This document shows positions 8,440 to 18,282 of a stretch of DNA of 64,000 nucleotides, piece by piece. The translations under genes were made by a program, and so were the position numbers. Below the pieces are notes generated by a model that searched no databases, was not told the DNA's origin, and worked only from the letters and a program-made list of their open reading frames with translations. Numbering within the stretch: the first letter of the stretch is position 1; each line of letters opens with the position of its first letter. The DNA is from Candidatus Latescibacterota bacterium (GTDB taxonomy: Bacteria; Latescibacterota; UBA2968; UBA8231): contig OZ253462.1 in NCBI GenBank assembly GCA_965261395.1, positions 4,576,001 through 4,640,000 on the forward strand, given 5' to 3'.

Positions 8440-9795
8440 ATGCGTCTGACCTTTGAAGAAGGCACCTTGCTCCTGCGCGACTATCGGGGCGAGGACGCGC
8501 CCCCAGCCTTTGTCTGGGATGCGCGCGTTGATCACTGGCGTGCCCAAGCCCACTTCTACCGCGAAAGCGTCGAACACCTCAAACAAAACGGAGTCGCATT
8601 CAAGAATACGGCCCCGCGCTATAATACCCTTTCCCTGCAACTGCGAACCGCGCCTGAGCCGCACCCGCACCAAGCCGAAAGCATCGCCGCCTGGCAACAG
8701 CACGGCTGCCGCGGCGTGGTCGTCTTGCCCACGGGCACGGGCAAGTCCCAGGTCGCGCTCATGGCTATGGTAGAAGTCCAGCGCAGCACCCTCGTCGTCG
8801 CTCCCACCATTGACCTGATGAATCAGTGGTACGACTTGCTCACCCGCTCGTTTGCCGTCGAGGTCGGCCTGCTCGGCGGCGGCTACCACGAGCTAGCCGA
8901 CCTGACCGTCGCCACCTACGACAGCGCCTATATGCAAATGGACCGCTACGGCAATCGCTTCGGCCTCATCGTCTTCGACGAGGTCCACCACCTGCCCGGC
9001 GAAATGTACAGCCACGCCGCCGAAATGTGCCTAGCGCCCTATCGCCTAGGGCTGACGGCCACGCCGGAACGCGCCGATGGCCGCCACGTACTCCTCGACA
9101 CCTTAGTCGGTCCTATAGCCTATGAGCGCGGCATCCGCGCCTTGTCCGGCGAGTACTTGGCCGAGTATCGCGTCGAGCGCCGCCAAGTGGATATGGTCGC
9201 CGAGGAGCGCGTCCAGTACGAGGCCGCCCGCGACGAGTACCGGGCCTTCCTCGTCGACAAGAACATCCGCCTCGGCACGACCGATGGCTGGCGGCACTTT
9301 GTCATGCTCTCGGCCAAAAGCACCAGCGGCCGGCGCGCCATGCACGCCTACCGCCGCCATCGCCAACTCGCCCTCGGCGCGACCGCCAAGCTCCGCGTCC
9401 TCGAAGACATCCTCAAGGCCCACCCGCGCGACCGCGTGTTGATTTTTACCAACGACAACGAGACCGTCCATCAGATCTCCCGTACCTTCCTAGTCCCGGC
9501 CATTACCCACCGCACCCGCACGCGAGAGCGCAAGGACATCCTCGAGGCCTTCAACAAGGGGGAGTACCTCGCCCTCGTCGCCTCAAAAGTGCTCAACGAG
9601 GGCGTCAATATCCCCGAAGCCAACGTCGCGGTGGTCCTCTCCGGCTCGGGCACCATCCGCGAGCACGTCCAGCGCCTCGGGCGCATCCTCCGCCGTCGCC
9701 AAGGCAAAGAGGCCGTGCTCTACGAAGTGATCTCCAAAGACACGGTCGAAGATAACATCAGCGACCGCCGCCGCCGCCACGAAGCCTACGAGTAG
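8440..9795 (+). CDS. XPB/Rad25-like SF2 DNA helicase
   Basis: LPTGTGKS, DEVHH, LTATPER, LNEGVNIP, QRLGRILR. Confidence 0.9.
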   Translation: MRLTFEEGTLLLRDYRGEDAPPAFVWDARVDHWRAQAHFYRESVEHLKQNGVAFKNTAPRYNTLSLQLRTAPEPHPHQAESIAAWQQHGCRGVVVLPTGTGKSQVALMAMVEVQRSTLVVAPTIDLMNQWYDLLTRSFAVEVGLLGGGYHELADLTVATYDSAYMQMDRYGNRFGLIVFDEVHHLPGEMYSHAAEMCLAPYRLGLTATPERADGRHVLLDTLVGPIAYERGIRALSGEYLAEYRVERRQVDMVAEERVQYEAARDEYRAFLVDKNIRLGTTDGWRHFVMLSAKSTSGRRAMHAYRRHRQLALGATAKLRVLEDILKAHPRDRVLIFTNDNETVHQISRTFLVPAITHRTRTRERKDILEAFNKGEYLALVASKVLNEGVNIPEANVAVVLSGSGTIREHVQRLGRILRRRQGKEAVLYEVISKDTVEDNISDRRRRHEAYE

Positions 9796-9800
9796 GCACC

Positions 9801-11039
9801 GTGCTGACCTCAGACCTCCTGCTTACTCGCTCGCGCGGCCCCTATATCGAACCGCGCTATGTCGCCGTCGAGGACCCGGCCTTCATCGACCTAGCCCAAG
9901 CGCTCATCGAGATCCACGCCGAACATCAAGGCAAAACTCGGCGGGAGCTACAACGCGCCCTCCACTTGCTCGCCGGGGATCGCACTGACTACCGCATCCA
10001 GCGCGGCCTAGCCAAGCTGCTCTGCGACCACTACTGCGAGTTCCACGTCGCCAGCCCTCAGCCCCCTGAAGAATTGCGCCATGCCGTTTTTACGCTGGCC
10101 CGCGCCCACCATCCGGTCGTCCGCGAGACCAGCCTCATCTACCCAGTCAAGCGCGAGGATCTACTGGAGCAGGTCGCCCTCAAACACCAGATCAGCAGTG
10201 AAGAGGTGCTCGCAGGGCTGTACGCCGACCTGCCCGAAAACCACCAGCTTGCGACCTTTGCCGCGCCCTCGCCCAACGAGTTGCTCCTGCGCTACAACGT
10301 GGCACTGGCCCAAGCCATGCTCTACCGCTGCGAAGTCCTGCGCCTGAGCGTCTATCGCAACCTGCCGGTGCGCTACAAGCAGCTCTTCAAATTCATCAAG
10401 TTCTACCGACTGATCCACACCATCGAAGGCGATGTCGATGCCGGCTATGAGATCGCCCTCGACGGCCCGGTGAGCATGTTCCGCCACTCGCAGAAATACG
10501 GCTTACAAATGGCGGTTTTCCTTCCGGCCCTATTGCTGTGTACCCGCTGGTCAATGCAAGCCGATATTGTCCGCAAGGACGGCCGCCGCCAGCACTTCGT
10601 CCTCGATGACCAATCGGGCCTAGTCTCCCACTACCGAGACCAGACCCTGTACGACTCGCTGCTGGAGGAAACGTTTGCCACGCGCTTTGCCAAGGCCAAA
10701 ACCCAATGGCAGCTCGAACGCGAGAGCGAAGTGGTCAACCTCAAAGAGACGGTGATGATCCCGGACTTCACCTTCCGCCATCCCGATGGCCGCATGGCGA
10801 TTTTGGAAATCATGGGCTACTGGCGGCCGGAGTACCTGCGGCGCAAGCTCGAAAAGCTGCGCCAAGCCCAGCGCAAGGACTTGCTCGTGGCCGTCTCGTC
10901 CAATCTCAATGTCAGCGAGGATGATTTTAAGAACGTGCCCGGCGGGGTCTTCTTTTTTCGCAATAAGGTCCAGCCCAAAGACGTCATACACTTATTGGAC
11001 CAGATCGAACCGCCCACCGCTGGGCAACCTAGCGAGTGA
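9801..11039 (+). CDS. DUF790 / Bax1-like endonuclease
   Basis: MLTSDLL start, LYADL, RYNVALAQ, DGPVS..KYG, YDSLLE, IPDF..EIMGYW; adjacent to XPB. Confidence 0.88.
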   Translation: MLTSDLLLTRSRGPYIEPRYVAVEDPAFIDLAQALIEIHAEHQGKTRRELQRALHLLAGDRTDYRIQRGLAKLLCDHYCEFHVASPQPPEELRHAVFTLARAHHPVVRETSLIYPVKREDLLEQVALKHQISSEEVLAGLYADLPENHQLATFAAPSPNELLLRYNVALAQAMLYRCEVLRLSVYRNLPVRYKQLFKFIKFYRLIHTIEGDVDAGYEIALDGPVSMFRHSQKYGLQMAVFLPALLLCTRWSMQADIVRKDGRRQHFVLDDQSGLVSHYRDQTLYDSLLEETFATRFAKAKTQWQLERESEVVNLKETVMIPDFTFRHPDGRMAILEIMGYWRPEYLRRKLEKLRQAQRKDLLVAVSSNLNVSEDDFKNVPGGVFFFRNKVQPKDVIHLLDQIEPPTAGQPSE

Positions 11040-11166
11040 GCATTACATTGTGAACTCCCGCAGGGGCGCGTGGAAATGGCAGCCTGCTGCGGGATCGTTC
11101 TTCCATTCGGAAACCTAGCAACCCTCCACGACAGCTAAACGGTCGTGCAAAACCCTAGGAGCAACC

Positions 11167-11838
11167 ATGGACGGCATTCACGACATGGGCGGGATGCATG
11201 GATTTGGCCCCATTATACGCGAAGAAAACGAACCTCTATTCCACCATCCCTGGGAGGGCCGGGTACTTGCCATATCTGTAGCGACACCTGTACCGATCCC
11301 CGGAGGCTCCCGCAACAACATCGAAAACATGGATCCAGCACACTATCTGTCGTCCAGCTATTACGAAAAATGGCTGCACTCCCGCATTAAAGGGCTGATT
11401 GACGCCGGCGTGCTAACCCCGGAAGAATTGGAGACGCGGATGGCACTTTTCCGGGACGATCCCAATGCCGAAATCCCGGTGCATCCCGATCCCGATGCTG
11501 TACAAGCGGAACTCAAGCGCTCGCGCCCTGCGGATTCATCTCCACAGCCAATGGATATCCAACCGCAATTTTCCACGGGCGACCGCGTACGCTCGCGCAG
11601 TATCCACCCCGCAGGCCACACCCGGCTTCCCCGATACGCGCGGGGCAAATACGGTACGGTCACCAATTTCTACGGCATCTACAATCTCCAAGACGCCGAA
11701 CTGCCCGCAGGATGTGCAACTCGCCAGCAGCCCTTATATGCCGTGCGCTTTGACGCCGCGGAACTGTGGGGTAGTGCCGCTGAAACAAAAAGTGCCGTCT
11801 ATCTGGATATGTGGGAAAGCTACCTAGAACCGGCGTAA
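11167..11838 (+). CDS. nthB: Nitrile hydratase beta subunit
   Basis: [45 protein letters not shown]. Confidence 0.95.
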   Translation: MDGIHDMGGMHGFGPIIREENEPLFHHPWEGRVLAISVATPVPIPGGSRNNIENMDPAHYLSSSYYEKWLHSRIKGLIDAGVLTPEELETRMALFRDDPNAEIPVHPDPDAVQAELKRSRPADSSPQPMDIQPQFSTGDRVRSRSIHPAGHTRLPRYARGKYGTVTNFYGIYNLQDAELPAGCATRQQPLYAVRFDAAELWGSAAETKSAVYLDMWESYLEPA

Positions 11839-11860
11839 CCAATTACAAAAGGATTTTGTT

Positions 11861-12469
11861 ATGGACAATCTTCGCGAAGCGCCCCAAACCGAGACGGGCG
11901 CAGCCCTGCGTACCAGAGCACTCGAATCGCTCCTGATCGAAAAGGGATTACTTACAACGGATCTTATAGACGAAATTGTGCAGAAATATGAACAAGACGT
12001 AGGCCCGCTCAATGGTGCCAAAGTGGTTGCCCGCGCCTGGATTGACCCGGACTATAAGCGACGACTGCTGGAAGACGGCACCGCGGCTATTGCCGAATTG
12101 GGTTTTGGCGACGCCCAGGGCTCCAAAATCGTCGTCCTGGAAAACACCTCAAGCGTCCACCACGTCGTCGTCTGCACCCTTTGCTCCTGTTATCCTTGGT
12201 CCGTCCTCGGCCTGCCGCCGAATTGGTACAAGTCCTACGCGTATCGCTCCCGGGTGGTGCGGGAGCCGAGAGCGGTCTTGCGGGAATTTGACCTCGATCT
12301 ACCCGATTCGGTCGAAATCCGCGTCTGGGACAGCAACTCGGATCTCCGCTACATGGTGCTACCCGAACGCCCTGTCGGCACGGAAGACCATACCGAAGAA
12401 CAGCTCGTTTCGCTTGTCACGCGCGACTCAATGATCGGCGTGGCGAAGATTGAACCTGCTGCAAAGTGA
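11861..12469 (+). CDS. nthA: Nitrile hydratase alpha subunit, cobalt type
   Basis: Metal site VCTLCSCY (Thr/Tyr indicates Co-type); [10 protein letters not shown]; VTRDSMIG. Confidence 0.96.
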   Translation: MDNLREAPQTETGAALRTRALESLLIEKGLLTTDLIDEIVQKYEQDVGPLNGAKVVARAWIDPDYKRRLLEDGTAAIAELGFGDAQGSKIVVLENTSSVHHVVVCTLCSCYPWSVLGLPPNWYKSYAYRSRVVREPRAVLREFDLDLPDSVEIRVWDSNSDLRYMVLPERPVGTEDHTEEQLVSLVTRDSMIGVAKIEPAAK

Positions 12470-12476
12470 GTCCGAG

Positions 12477-12836
12477 ATGACGCAAAAAACCGACGGACAA
12501 ATCTCTGTAATGGAAGCACAAATCGCCCTGCCCAGAGAGAATGGAGAACTGGTTTTTCAGGCACCTTGGGAAGCACGCGCTTTTGGCCTTGCCGTTGCAC
12601 TCAACGAAAAAGAGAGCTACGAGTGGCGCGAGTTCAGTGCGGAACTGGCTGCAAAAATCGCCGCGGCCGAACAAAACAACGACCCATCGAGCTATTATGC
12701 CCGATGGGTCGCATCGCTCGAAGAGTTGATCATTGCGAAGGGCCTGATCAGTCGGGAACAACTAGACGCCAGAACAGCGGAATACGCCGCTGGCATTGAC
12801 GACGAGCACGATCATCACCACGATCACGAGCATTAG
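12477..12836 (+). CDS. Nitrile hydratase accessory/activator protein
   Basis: LPRENGELVFQAPWEARAFG, YYARWVASLE, His-rich tail. Confidence 0.88.
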   Translation: MTQKTDGQISVMEAQIALPRENGELVFQAPWEARAFGLAVALNEKESYEWREFSAELAAKIAAAEQNNDPSSYYARWVASLEELIIAKGLISREQLDARTAEYAAGIDDEHDHHHDHEH

Positions 12837-12849
12837 TGGATAAGACCGC

Positions 12850-13020
12850 TACGTACGGCGCAAGCTCGACAAACTGCGCCAAATCCAACGCCGCGACCCC
12901 AACCTCAACGTCAGCGAAGACGACTTCGCCGATGTACCGGGGGTCTTCTTCTTGCGGAACAAAATCCAGCCCAAGGACGTCATAAGCCTATTAGACCAGA
13001 CCCCACTGCCCACCCAATAA
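12850..13020 (+). pseudogene. Diverged duplicate of the DUF790/Bax1 gene 3' end
   Basis: YVRRKLDKLRQIQRRDPNLNVSEDDFADVPGVFFLRNKIQPKDVISLLDQ matches 10833-11010 YLRRKLEKLRQAQRKD...NLNVSEDDFKNVPGGVFFFRNKVQPKDVIHLLDQ. Confidence 0.9.
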
Positions 13021-13023
13021 GCC

Positions 13024-14904
13024 ATGCAGCCATTTCTCGCCGCCCTCCACCACCGCCCCTTGCTCGCCGATGGTGCCTTGGGCTCTTATCTGTTCGCGCT
13101 TACCGGCCGCGTCTCCGAGCAAAATCACCTCTACGAAGCCTTCAATCTCGCCCGCCCAGAGCTCGTTCGTCAGCTCCACCTCGAATATCTGCAAGCCGGT
13201 GCCCAATGCCTGACCAGCAATTCCTTTGCCGCCAACGCGACCTATCCCTCCGCTGCGCCCATCGCCGAGATCAACGCGACTGCCGTGCGCTTGGCACGCG
13301 AGGCCATTGACCAATACCGCCAACAGGACCAGTGCAGTGCCCCTTTGTTCGTCCTCGGCTCCCTAGGCCCGCCCCTGCCGGCGACCCAATCCCCGCGCAC
13401 GGCCAGCGACCTATACCGCGCCCAAATCGAGACCCTCGTCGAGAGCGGCGTCGACGCCCTGCTGTTGGAGACTTTTACTTGCCTCGAGCAGGTCGTCGCC
13501 CTCTTAGAGCTCCTACAGGACCTCGACAACCCCGCGCCGGTCATCGTCCAGATGGCCTTGCACCAGCGCGACGGCACGTGGAAGCAATCCCCCCAAGCAT
13601 ACGTCCAAACAGCCGCGGCCTTGGGCGCACATGTCGTTGGCATCAACTGCTGTGCGCTCGCGGAAGCGCGGGCCTTCCTCGACGCGGTGCAAGAATGTGC
13701 ATCCGTGCGCGACGGCCAAGTCCAACTCGCGGTTATGCCCAACGGCGGCGATTTCCGGCGCGTGGGCCATCGCTACCTGACGGGCGTCAACCCCGAGTGC
13801 ATGGGGCGCTTTGCCCGCGAAATGGCGCACAAGGGCGTGCGCCTCATCGGCGGCTGCTGCGAGGTCCATCCTCCCCACGTCCACGAGATGTACAGCTACC
13901 TCCACAGCCTTGCGGCCGGGGAGAGCACCGTCCCCTTGGCAAGGACGTCGGACCAGCAGCCAACCGACGCAGCCGCCAAGCGCCGCAATGGCCCGTTCTC
14001 GCGCAAGCTCGTCGAGGGCCAATTCGCAGTCAGTGTCGAGCTACTGCCCCCGCGTGGCACCGGCGGGCTAAAAGCCCGGCTCGCTTTTGTCGCCGAGTTG
14101 GCCGCCTCGGGCTTGGTCGATGCCCTAGACATAACCGATGGCTCACGCGGTATCCCCCTAATGCCGCCGGGCGACTTCGTTCACCTCATCCGCCACCGCT
14201 TGCGCTGGTCGCGCGACCTCCTCGAGCTAATTCCCCATTGCACCAGCCGTGACCTCAACACCATGGGGTTGCAAAGCCGGCTCATCGGCTATTGGGCCAA
14301 CCGCATCCACAACGTACTCTTCATCACCGGCGACCCCCCGAAAATGGCACCGACTTATCCGCGCTCCACTGCTGTTTTCGACCTCGACTCCACTGCCCTC
14401 ATTCGCTATACCCACGCCTTTCTCAATGCTGGACTGGACTTTGGCGGCCAACCGCTCGGCTCGCACCGCGACCCCCGCACCCACTTTACCATTGGCACCG
14501 GCTGCAAGCCAGAAGCCCTCGATCTCCAGCGCGAGTGGGAGCGACTGGCACACAAAATCGACGCAGGAGCCGATTACGTAATGACCCAGCCGACCTTTGA
14601 CCGCAAGGCCCTAGCGGCCTTGACCGCCTATCGCGCCCAGGTGCCGATTGTGGTGGGGGTGATGGTGCTGCGGGGGTTGGAACACGCCCGGCGCATTGCC
14701 GAGGTGCCCGGGGTGGTTGTGCCGGAAAAGATTTTTGCAAGGCTGGCCGCGTATGCGGACCCGGCCGACCAAGCCAAAGCGGGCATCGAACTGGCTGCCG
14801 AGCAAGTGCGTCAAGTCCGTGCGGAGGGCTGGAGCGGGCTGTACCTGATGTCGCCAGCAGGGCACCAGCCGGTACTAAAGGTACTCAAGCAGGGTCTGGA
14901 CTGA
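13024..14904 (+). CDS. Bifunctional homocysteine S-methyltransferase / methylenetetrahydrofolate reductase (YitJ-like)
   Basis: LADGALG, GINC, IGGCC; then SVELLPPRG, ITGDPP, KIDAGADYVMTQP. Confidence 0.9.
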   Translation: MQPFLAALHHRPLLADGALGSYLFALTGRVSEQNHLYEAFNLARPELVRQLHLEYLQAGAQCLTSNSFAANATYPSAAPIAEINATAVRLAREAIDQYRQQDQCSAPLFVLGSLGPPLPATQSPRTASDLYRAQIETLVESGVDALLLETFTCLEQVVALLELLQDLDNPAPVIVQMALHQRDGTWKQSPQAYVQTAAALGAHVVGINCCALAEARAFLDAVQECASVRDGQVQLAVMPNGGDFRRVGHRYLTGVNPECMGRFAREMAHKGVRLIGGCCEVHPPHVHEMYSYLHSLAAGESTVPLARTSDQQPTDAAAKRRNGPFSRKLVEGQFAVSVELLPPRGTGGLKARLAFVAELAASGLVDALDITDGSRGIPLMPPGDFVHLIRHRLRWSRDLLELIPHCTSRDLNTMGLQSRLIGYWANRIHNVLFITGDPPKMAPTYPRSTAVFDLDSTALIRYTHAFLNAGLDFGGQPLGSHRDPRTHFTIGTGCKPEALDLQREWERLAHKIDAGADYVMTQPTFDRKALAALTAYRAQVPIVVGVMVLRGLEHARRIAEVPGVVVPEKIFARLAAYADPADQAKAGIELAAEQVRQVRAEGWSGLYLMSPAGHQPVLKVLKQGLD

Positions 14905-14930
14905 ACGCACGCTGCACAAACCGCCCTACT

Positions 14931-14956
14931 ATCTGCGTCCATCTGCGGATCATCTT
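14931..14956. repeat. Dispersed ATCTGCGTCC decamer repeat
   Basis: ATCTGCGTCCATCTGCGGATCATCTT is identical to 24385-24410. Confidence 0.75.
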
Positions 14957-14961
14957 GTGAA

Positions 14962-16287
14962 TTAGGCGGCAGGCTCAGCGCTAAATTTGCGCTGCACGAA
15001 GCGCAACGCGGATCGGTAGCTGTCGAGCTGCCCTTCCAACTGGGCGTCCTCGACGGCAGTGAGAATTTCCCTAAACAAGGGTCCAGGAGCAAAGCCCAAG
15101 GCGATTAGGTCGGCTCCCGTGAGCAAAGCCGGCGGGCGCAGATGTTCCTTTTTTGTTAGGTCGTCCAACTGCTCTTGGCAAAACTCGTATAGGTCGAGCT
15201 TACCGTGGCTGGCCAAGCAATCGGCGCGATGCAATTGGAGCAACTCCGGGAAGTGCGGCTCGCGCAACAGACGCGCGAGCGTACTCGGGCGCATCTGGTA
15301 CACGTGACCGATTCGCATGTGGTCGGCCACGAGCGTGCAGATGACCCTCCGCGCCTCGTTGGACATCCGCAGCCGCCCGCAGATCGCCGCCGCCATTTTG
15401 CCCCCAACCGCGTCGTGGCCGTGGAAGCGGATGCGCTCGGCTCGCACCATAGTTGACGGCTTGCCAATGTCGTGGAGCAACGCGCTCCAAGCCAGCTCAG
15501 CCGACGGCTTGTCGAGATATTTAAAAAGGAGCTGGACGTGGGTCCACACATCGCCTTCGGGATGGAATTCAGCCTCCTGCGGCACGCCCCGCATGGCCGC
15601 GACTTCCGGCAGCACGACCTGCAGCAGGCCCGACTGGTCCAAAAGACGCAAGCCGCACCCGGCCCGGCCATCGGTCAACAGCAGGGTCAGCTCGTCGCGG
15701 AGGCGCTCGGCACTGACACCGACAATGCACCCGGCCCGGGCGCAGAGCGCGTCCCACGTCGCGGGTTCGATGGTAAAGCCGAGCCGGGCGGCAAAGCGCA
15801 CGGCCCGCAACAGGCGCAAGTTGTCTTCGGCAAAGCGCGCGACCGGGTCGCCGATGGCGCGGATAATCCCAGCGTGGAGATCGCGCTGCCCGTCGACGTA
15901 ATCGAGGAGCGCGCCGTTCTCCGGGTCGTATAACAGGCCGTTGATGGTAAAGTCGCGGCGCTGGGCGTCGGCGCGGGCGTCGGCCGGCTCGATGGATGCG
16001 GGATGGCGGCCATTGCGGTACGGGCCGTCGCGGCGGAAGCGCGCCACCTCGTAGTCGCCCTCGTCGAGCATCACCACCGAGATGCCAAACTGCGTGCCTA
16101 CCGCCACCGTGTGCTCAAAGAGCACAGCCACTTCTTCTGGCCCGGCATCCGTAGCCACATCCCAGTCCTTGGGCACGCGGCCCAACGCCAAGTCGCGCAC
16201 ACATCCACCGGCCAACAGGGCTTGGAAGCCGGCCCGGCGCAAGGTTTCGACGACGCGCAGGGCCCCAGAGTCTATATCTGCGTCCAT
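14962..16287 (-). CDS. cca: CCA tRNA nucleotidyltransferase with HD domain
   Basis: GGCVRD, DWDVAT, RRDFTIN, EDNLRLLRAVRF, HPEGDVWTH, LLHDIGK. Confidence 0.9.
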   Translation of the reverse strand: MDADIDSGALRVVETLRRAGFQALLAGGCVRDLALGRVPKDWDVATDAGPEEVAVLFEHTVAVGTQFGISVVMLDEGDYEVARFRRDGPYRNGRHPASIEPADARADAQRRDFTINGLLYDPENGALLDYVDGQRDLHAGIIRAIGDPVARFAEDNLRLLRAVRFAARLGFTIEPATWDALCARAGCIVGVSAERLRDELTLLLTDGRAGCGLRLLDQSGLLQVVLPEVAAMRGVPQEAEFHPEGDVWTHVQLLFKYLDKPSAELAWSALLHDIGKPSTMVRAERIRFHGHDAVGGKMAAAICGRLRMSNEARRVICTLVADHMRIGHVYQMRPSTLARLLREPHFPELLQLHRADCLASHGKLDLYEFCQEQLDDLTKKEHLRPPALLTGADLIALGFAPGPLFREILTAVEDAQLEGQLDSYRSALRFVQRKFSAEPAA

Positions 16288-16292
16288 CCTAT

Positions 16293-17279
16293 TTACTCAG
16301 CCACCTTAAAGCTCTCAACCCGGCTCACCGAATTCTCAATCCCCTCGGCGTGCGTACTGGCTACGACCTTCCAGTAGTACATCTGCCCAGGTTCGAGCGA
16401 GACCAAGCGCCCTTCCTTAATGCGACCGGTAAATACGGCCGTGGTATCGCTAGTCAGCGGTATGTCCGACACTTCGCCACTGGTCAGCGAGGTAGTGACG
16501 ATCACTCGGAATGCGCGCGCCTCGGGCAAGCGACCCCAAGTAAAGGTCAAAGGTGCGGCGGTTTCTACCCCGGCGACCGGGACCAACAGCTTCGGCGAGG
16601 GCAGCGCGACATCGCTCACTTCCTCGGCGGCATTGTTTTCCTTGGCACCGCCATCTATCGCCGTAATCCGGTAATAGTACACCGTGCCGACTTCGATCTC
16701 CTCGTCGACAAAACCCGGCACCGACACCTGCATCAGCAAATGCTCGACGCTCGGGGTGAAGCCGGCCTCGGTCGAGCGATAGACCCGGTAGCCAACGAGA
16801 TCGGATTCCGGGTTTTCACTCCAGTCGAGTGTAATGTCGAGCTGGCCGAGTACTTCGAGGTGGTGCGCTGCAGCGCGCAGCGAAGTCGGCACCTGCGGGG
16901 TCAAGCTGTTGAGGGGCTGTCCGCTGATGGCATTCGAGGGGCCGCTCTCGCCGCCGCCGTTTAGCGCGGTTACTCGATAGGTGTACTCCAACTCGTATTG
17001 TAGGCCCCGATCCTTGAATCGGGTCTCGAACGTGGAGTCAATGGCCACGGCCGCGTCGTCCCCCACTGAGCGATAGACAACGTAAAGCACCTCGTCTGCG
17101 CCCTCGACGGCTTGCCAATTGAACCACACCTCGCCGTCGCCGATGCGCTCCACACTCAGTCCGCGCGGTGCCGGCGGCGGATCGACGATCGCGACGGGAC
17201 TGGTGCCCTTTTCTCCGTCGTCGCCGCAGTGCCACAAGCCGACGACGACGACAATCCATGCAAATTTTAGGCGTTTCAT
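16293..17279 (-). CDS. Fibronectin type III domain lipoprotein
   Basis: Lipoprotein-like signal ending WHC; two FN3 repeats (YVVYRS..YTYRVTA, YRVYRS..YYYRITA). Confidence 0.75.
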   Translation of the reverse strand: MKRLKFAWIVVVVGLWHCGDDGEKGTSPVAIVDPPPAPRGLSVERIGDGEVWFNWQAVEGADEVLYVVYRSVGDDAAVAIDSTFETRFKDRGLQYELEYTYRVTALNGGGESGPSNAISGQPLNSLTPQVPTSLRAAAHHLEVLGQLDITLDWSENPESDLVGYRVYRSTEAGFTPSVEHLLMQVSVPGFVDEEIEVGTVYYYRITAIDGGAKENNAAEEVSDVALPSPKLLVPVAGVETAAPLTFTWGRLPEARAFRVIVTTSLTSGEVSDIPLTSDTTAVFTGRIKEGRLVSLEPGQMYYWKVVASTHAEGIENSVSRVESFKVAE

Positions 17280-17356
17280 ATTTTTCTACCTCCCCAGATA
17301 GATTAGTCGCCTCTTCGCCAAAAGTACCATTACCCTCCCAAAATGGGCAAGCACTT

Positions 17357-17385
17357 TTGACAAGCAGCCGCCTCGCAGTTATTGT
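17357..17385 (+). promoter_or_regulatory. Sigma-70 promoter, probably giving a leaderless mRNA
   Basis: TTGACA-N17-TATTGT; ATG at 17392 is 6 nt downstream with no SD. Confidence 0.55.
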
Positions 17386-17391
17386 GTCGCT

Positions 17392-18282
17392 ATGTTGTCT
17401 TTGCTCTATGGTCTCATCCGTATCGCCCTGTGTGCATTGGTACCTTTCGGCGTGGCTTGCGGTCTTTTTTTGCTCGAATACCAGACCCAATTCGCGGCCC
17501 GTTACATCGGCCAATACCTGATGCAGCAAAACCCAGAGCGCCAGCCAGGAGGCGCGCTTTGGCAGGGCATTCTCGCCAGTCGGCAGACCCGCATGGCCCT
17601 ATCCGACTCGCTGGCCGAAGCACCCATAGAGCCGAGCCAAGCCCCGCTGCCGGTTTTGCAAAACCACTATCAGCTCCAGTACCACGGCACCCACGCGGCG
17701 TTCTTTGCGGTCACGCGGCGAGACACCGCCCTCCAACCCGATCACCTCGCTCCACAGACTCTGCGCGAGCTCGCCTATTCCCTGCAGATTTACGAGCAGG
17801 GCCGCGACCTGCTAACCCAAGCCATCGTACCTGACGACTCCTCGTATCTCCACGCCCTCATCGGCGCGCAAATAGCCCTAGAGGACGGCTCGCTGTTCTA
17901 CCAACTCCACAAGTGGCTGCTGGCAAAAGACGAGCCTGAAGCTTGGACCTTTCTGAAGATGAAAGAGGAAGACATGGCCTACTGGCGCGAGCACTTAGCG
18001 CCGCTTTTGAGCGCGGACCCCGAGCGCGCGCAAAGCGATGCCGGGCCGATCATCACCGCGGCGCTAGCGCAGATCGTGCAAGCGCGGGCCGACTCGCTAC
18101 TCCAAGGTGAAGCCAAGCGCCTACTCGCGGCCTGGGACAGCGCCGACGGCTTTGAACTGCGCCTGACCCGCACTGGAGACGGAGACCAATTCGCCGCGTA
18201 CGCACTAGTGCCGGGACGCGAGGCCACAGCGCTCGTGCTGCCGGCCCAGTCCGTGCAACAACACCTCGGACCGGCACAATGA
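17392..18282 (+). CDS. Hypothetical membrane-anchored protein
   Basis: N-terminal hydrophobic segment; ATGA overlap with the PBP gene. Confidence 0.7.
   Translation: MLSLLYGLIRIALCALVPFGVACGLFLLEYQTQFAARYIGQYLMQQNPERQPGGALWQGILASRQTRMALSDSLAEAPIEPSQAPLPVLQNHYQLQYHGTHAAFFAVTRRDTALQPDHLAPQTLRELAYSLQIYEQGRDLLTQAIVPDDSSYLHALIGAQIALEDGSLFYQLHKWLLAKDEPEAWTFLKMKEEDMAYWREHLAPLLSADPERAQSDAGPIITAALAQIVQARADSLLQGEAKRLLAAWDSADGFELRLTRTGDGDQFAAYALVPGREATALVLPAQSVQQHLGPAQ

Noticed and set aside
11040-11166. NiCo riboswitch upstream of the cobalt NHase
   Set aside because: Only a simple hairpin (CCCGCAG/CTGCGGG) is visible; I could not match the four-way junction consensus. An Rfam scan would settle it.
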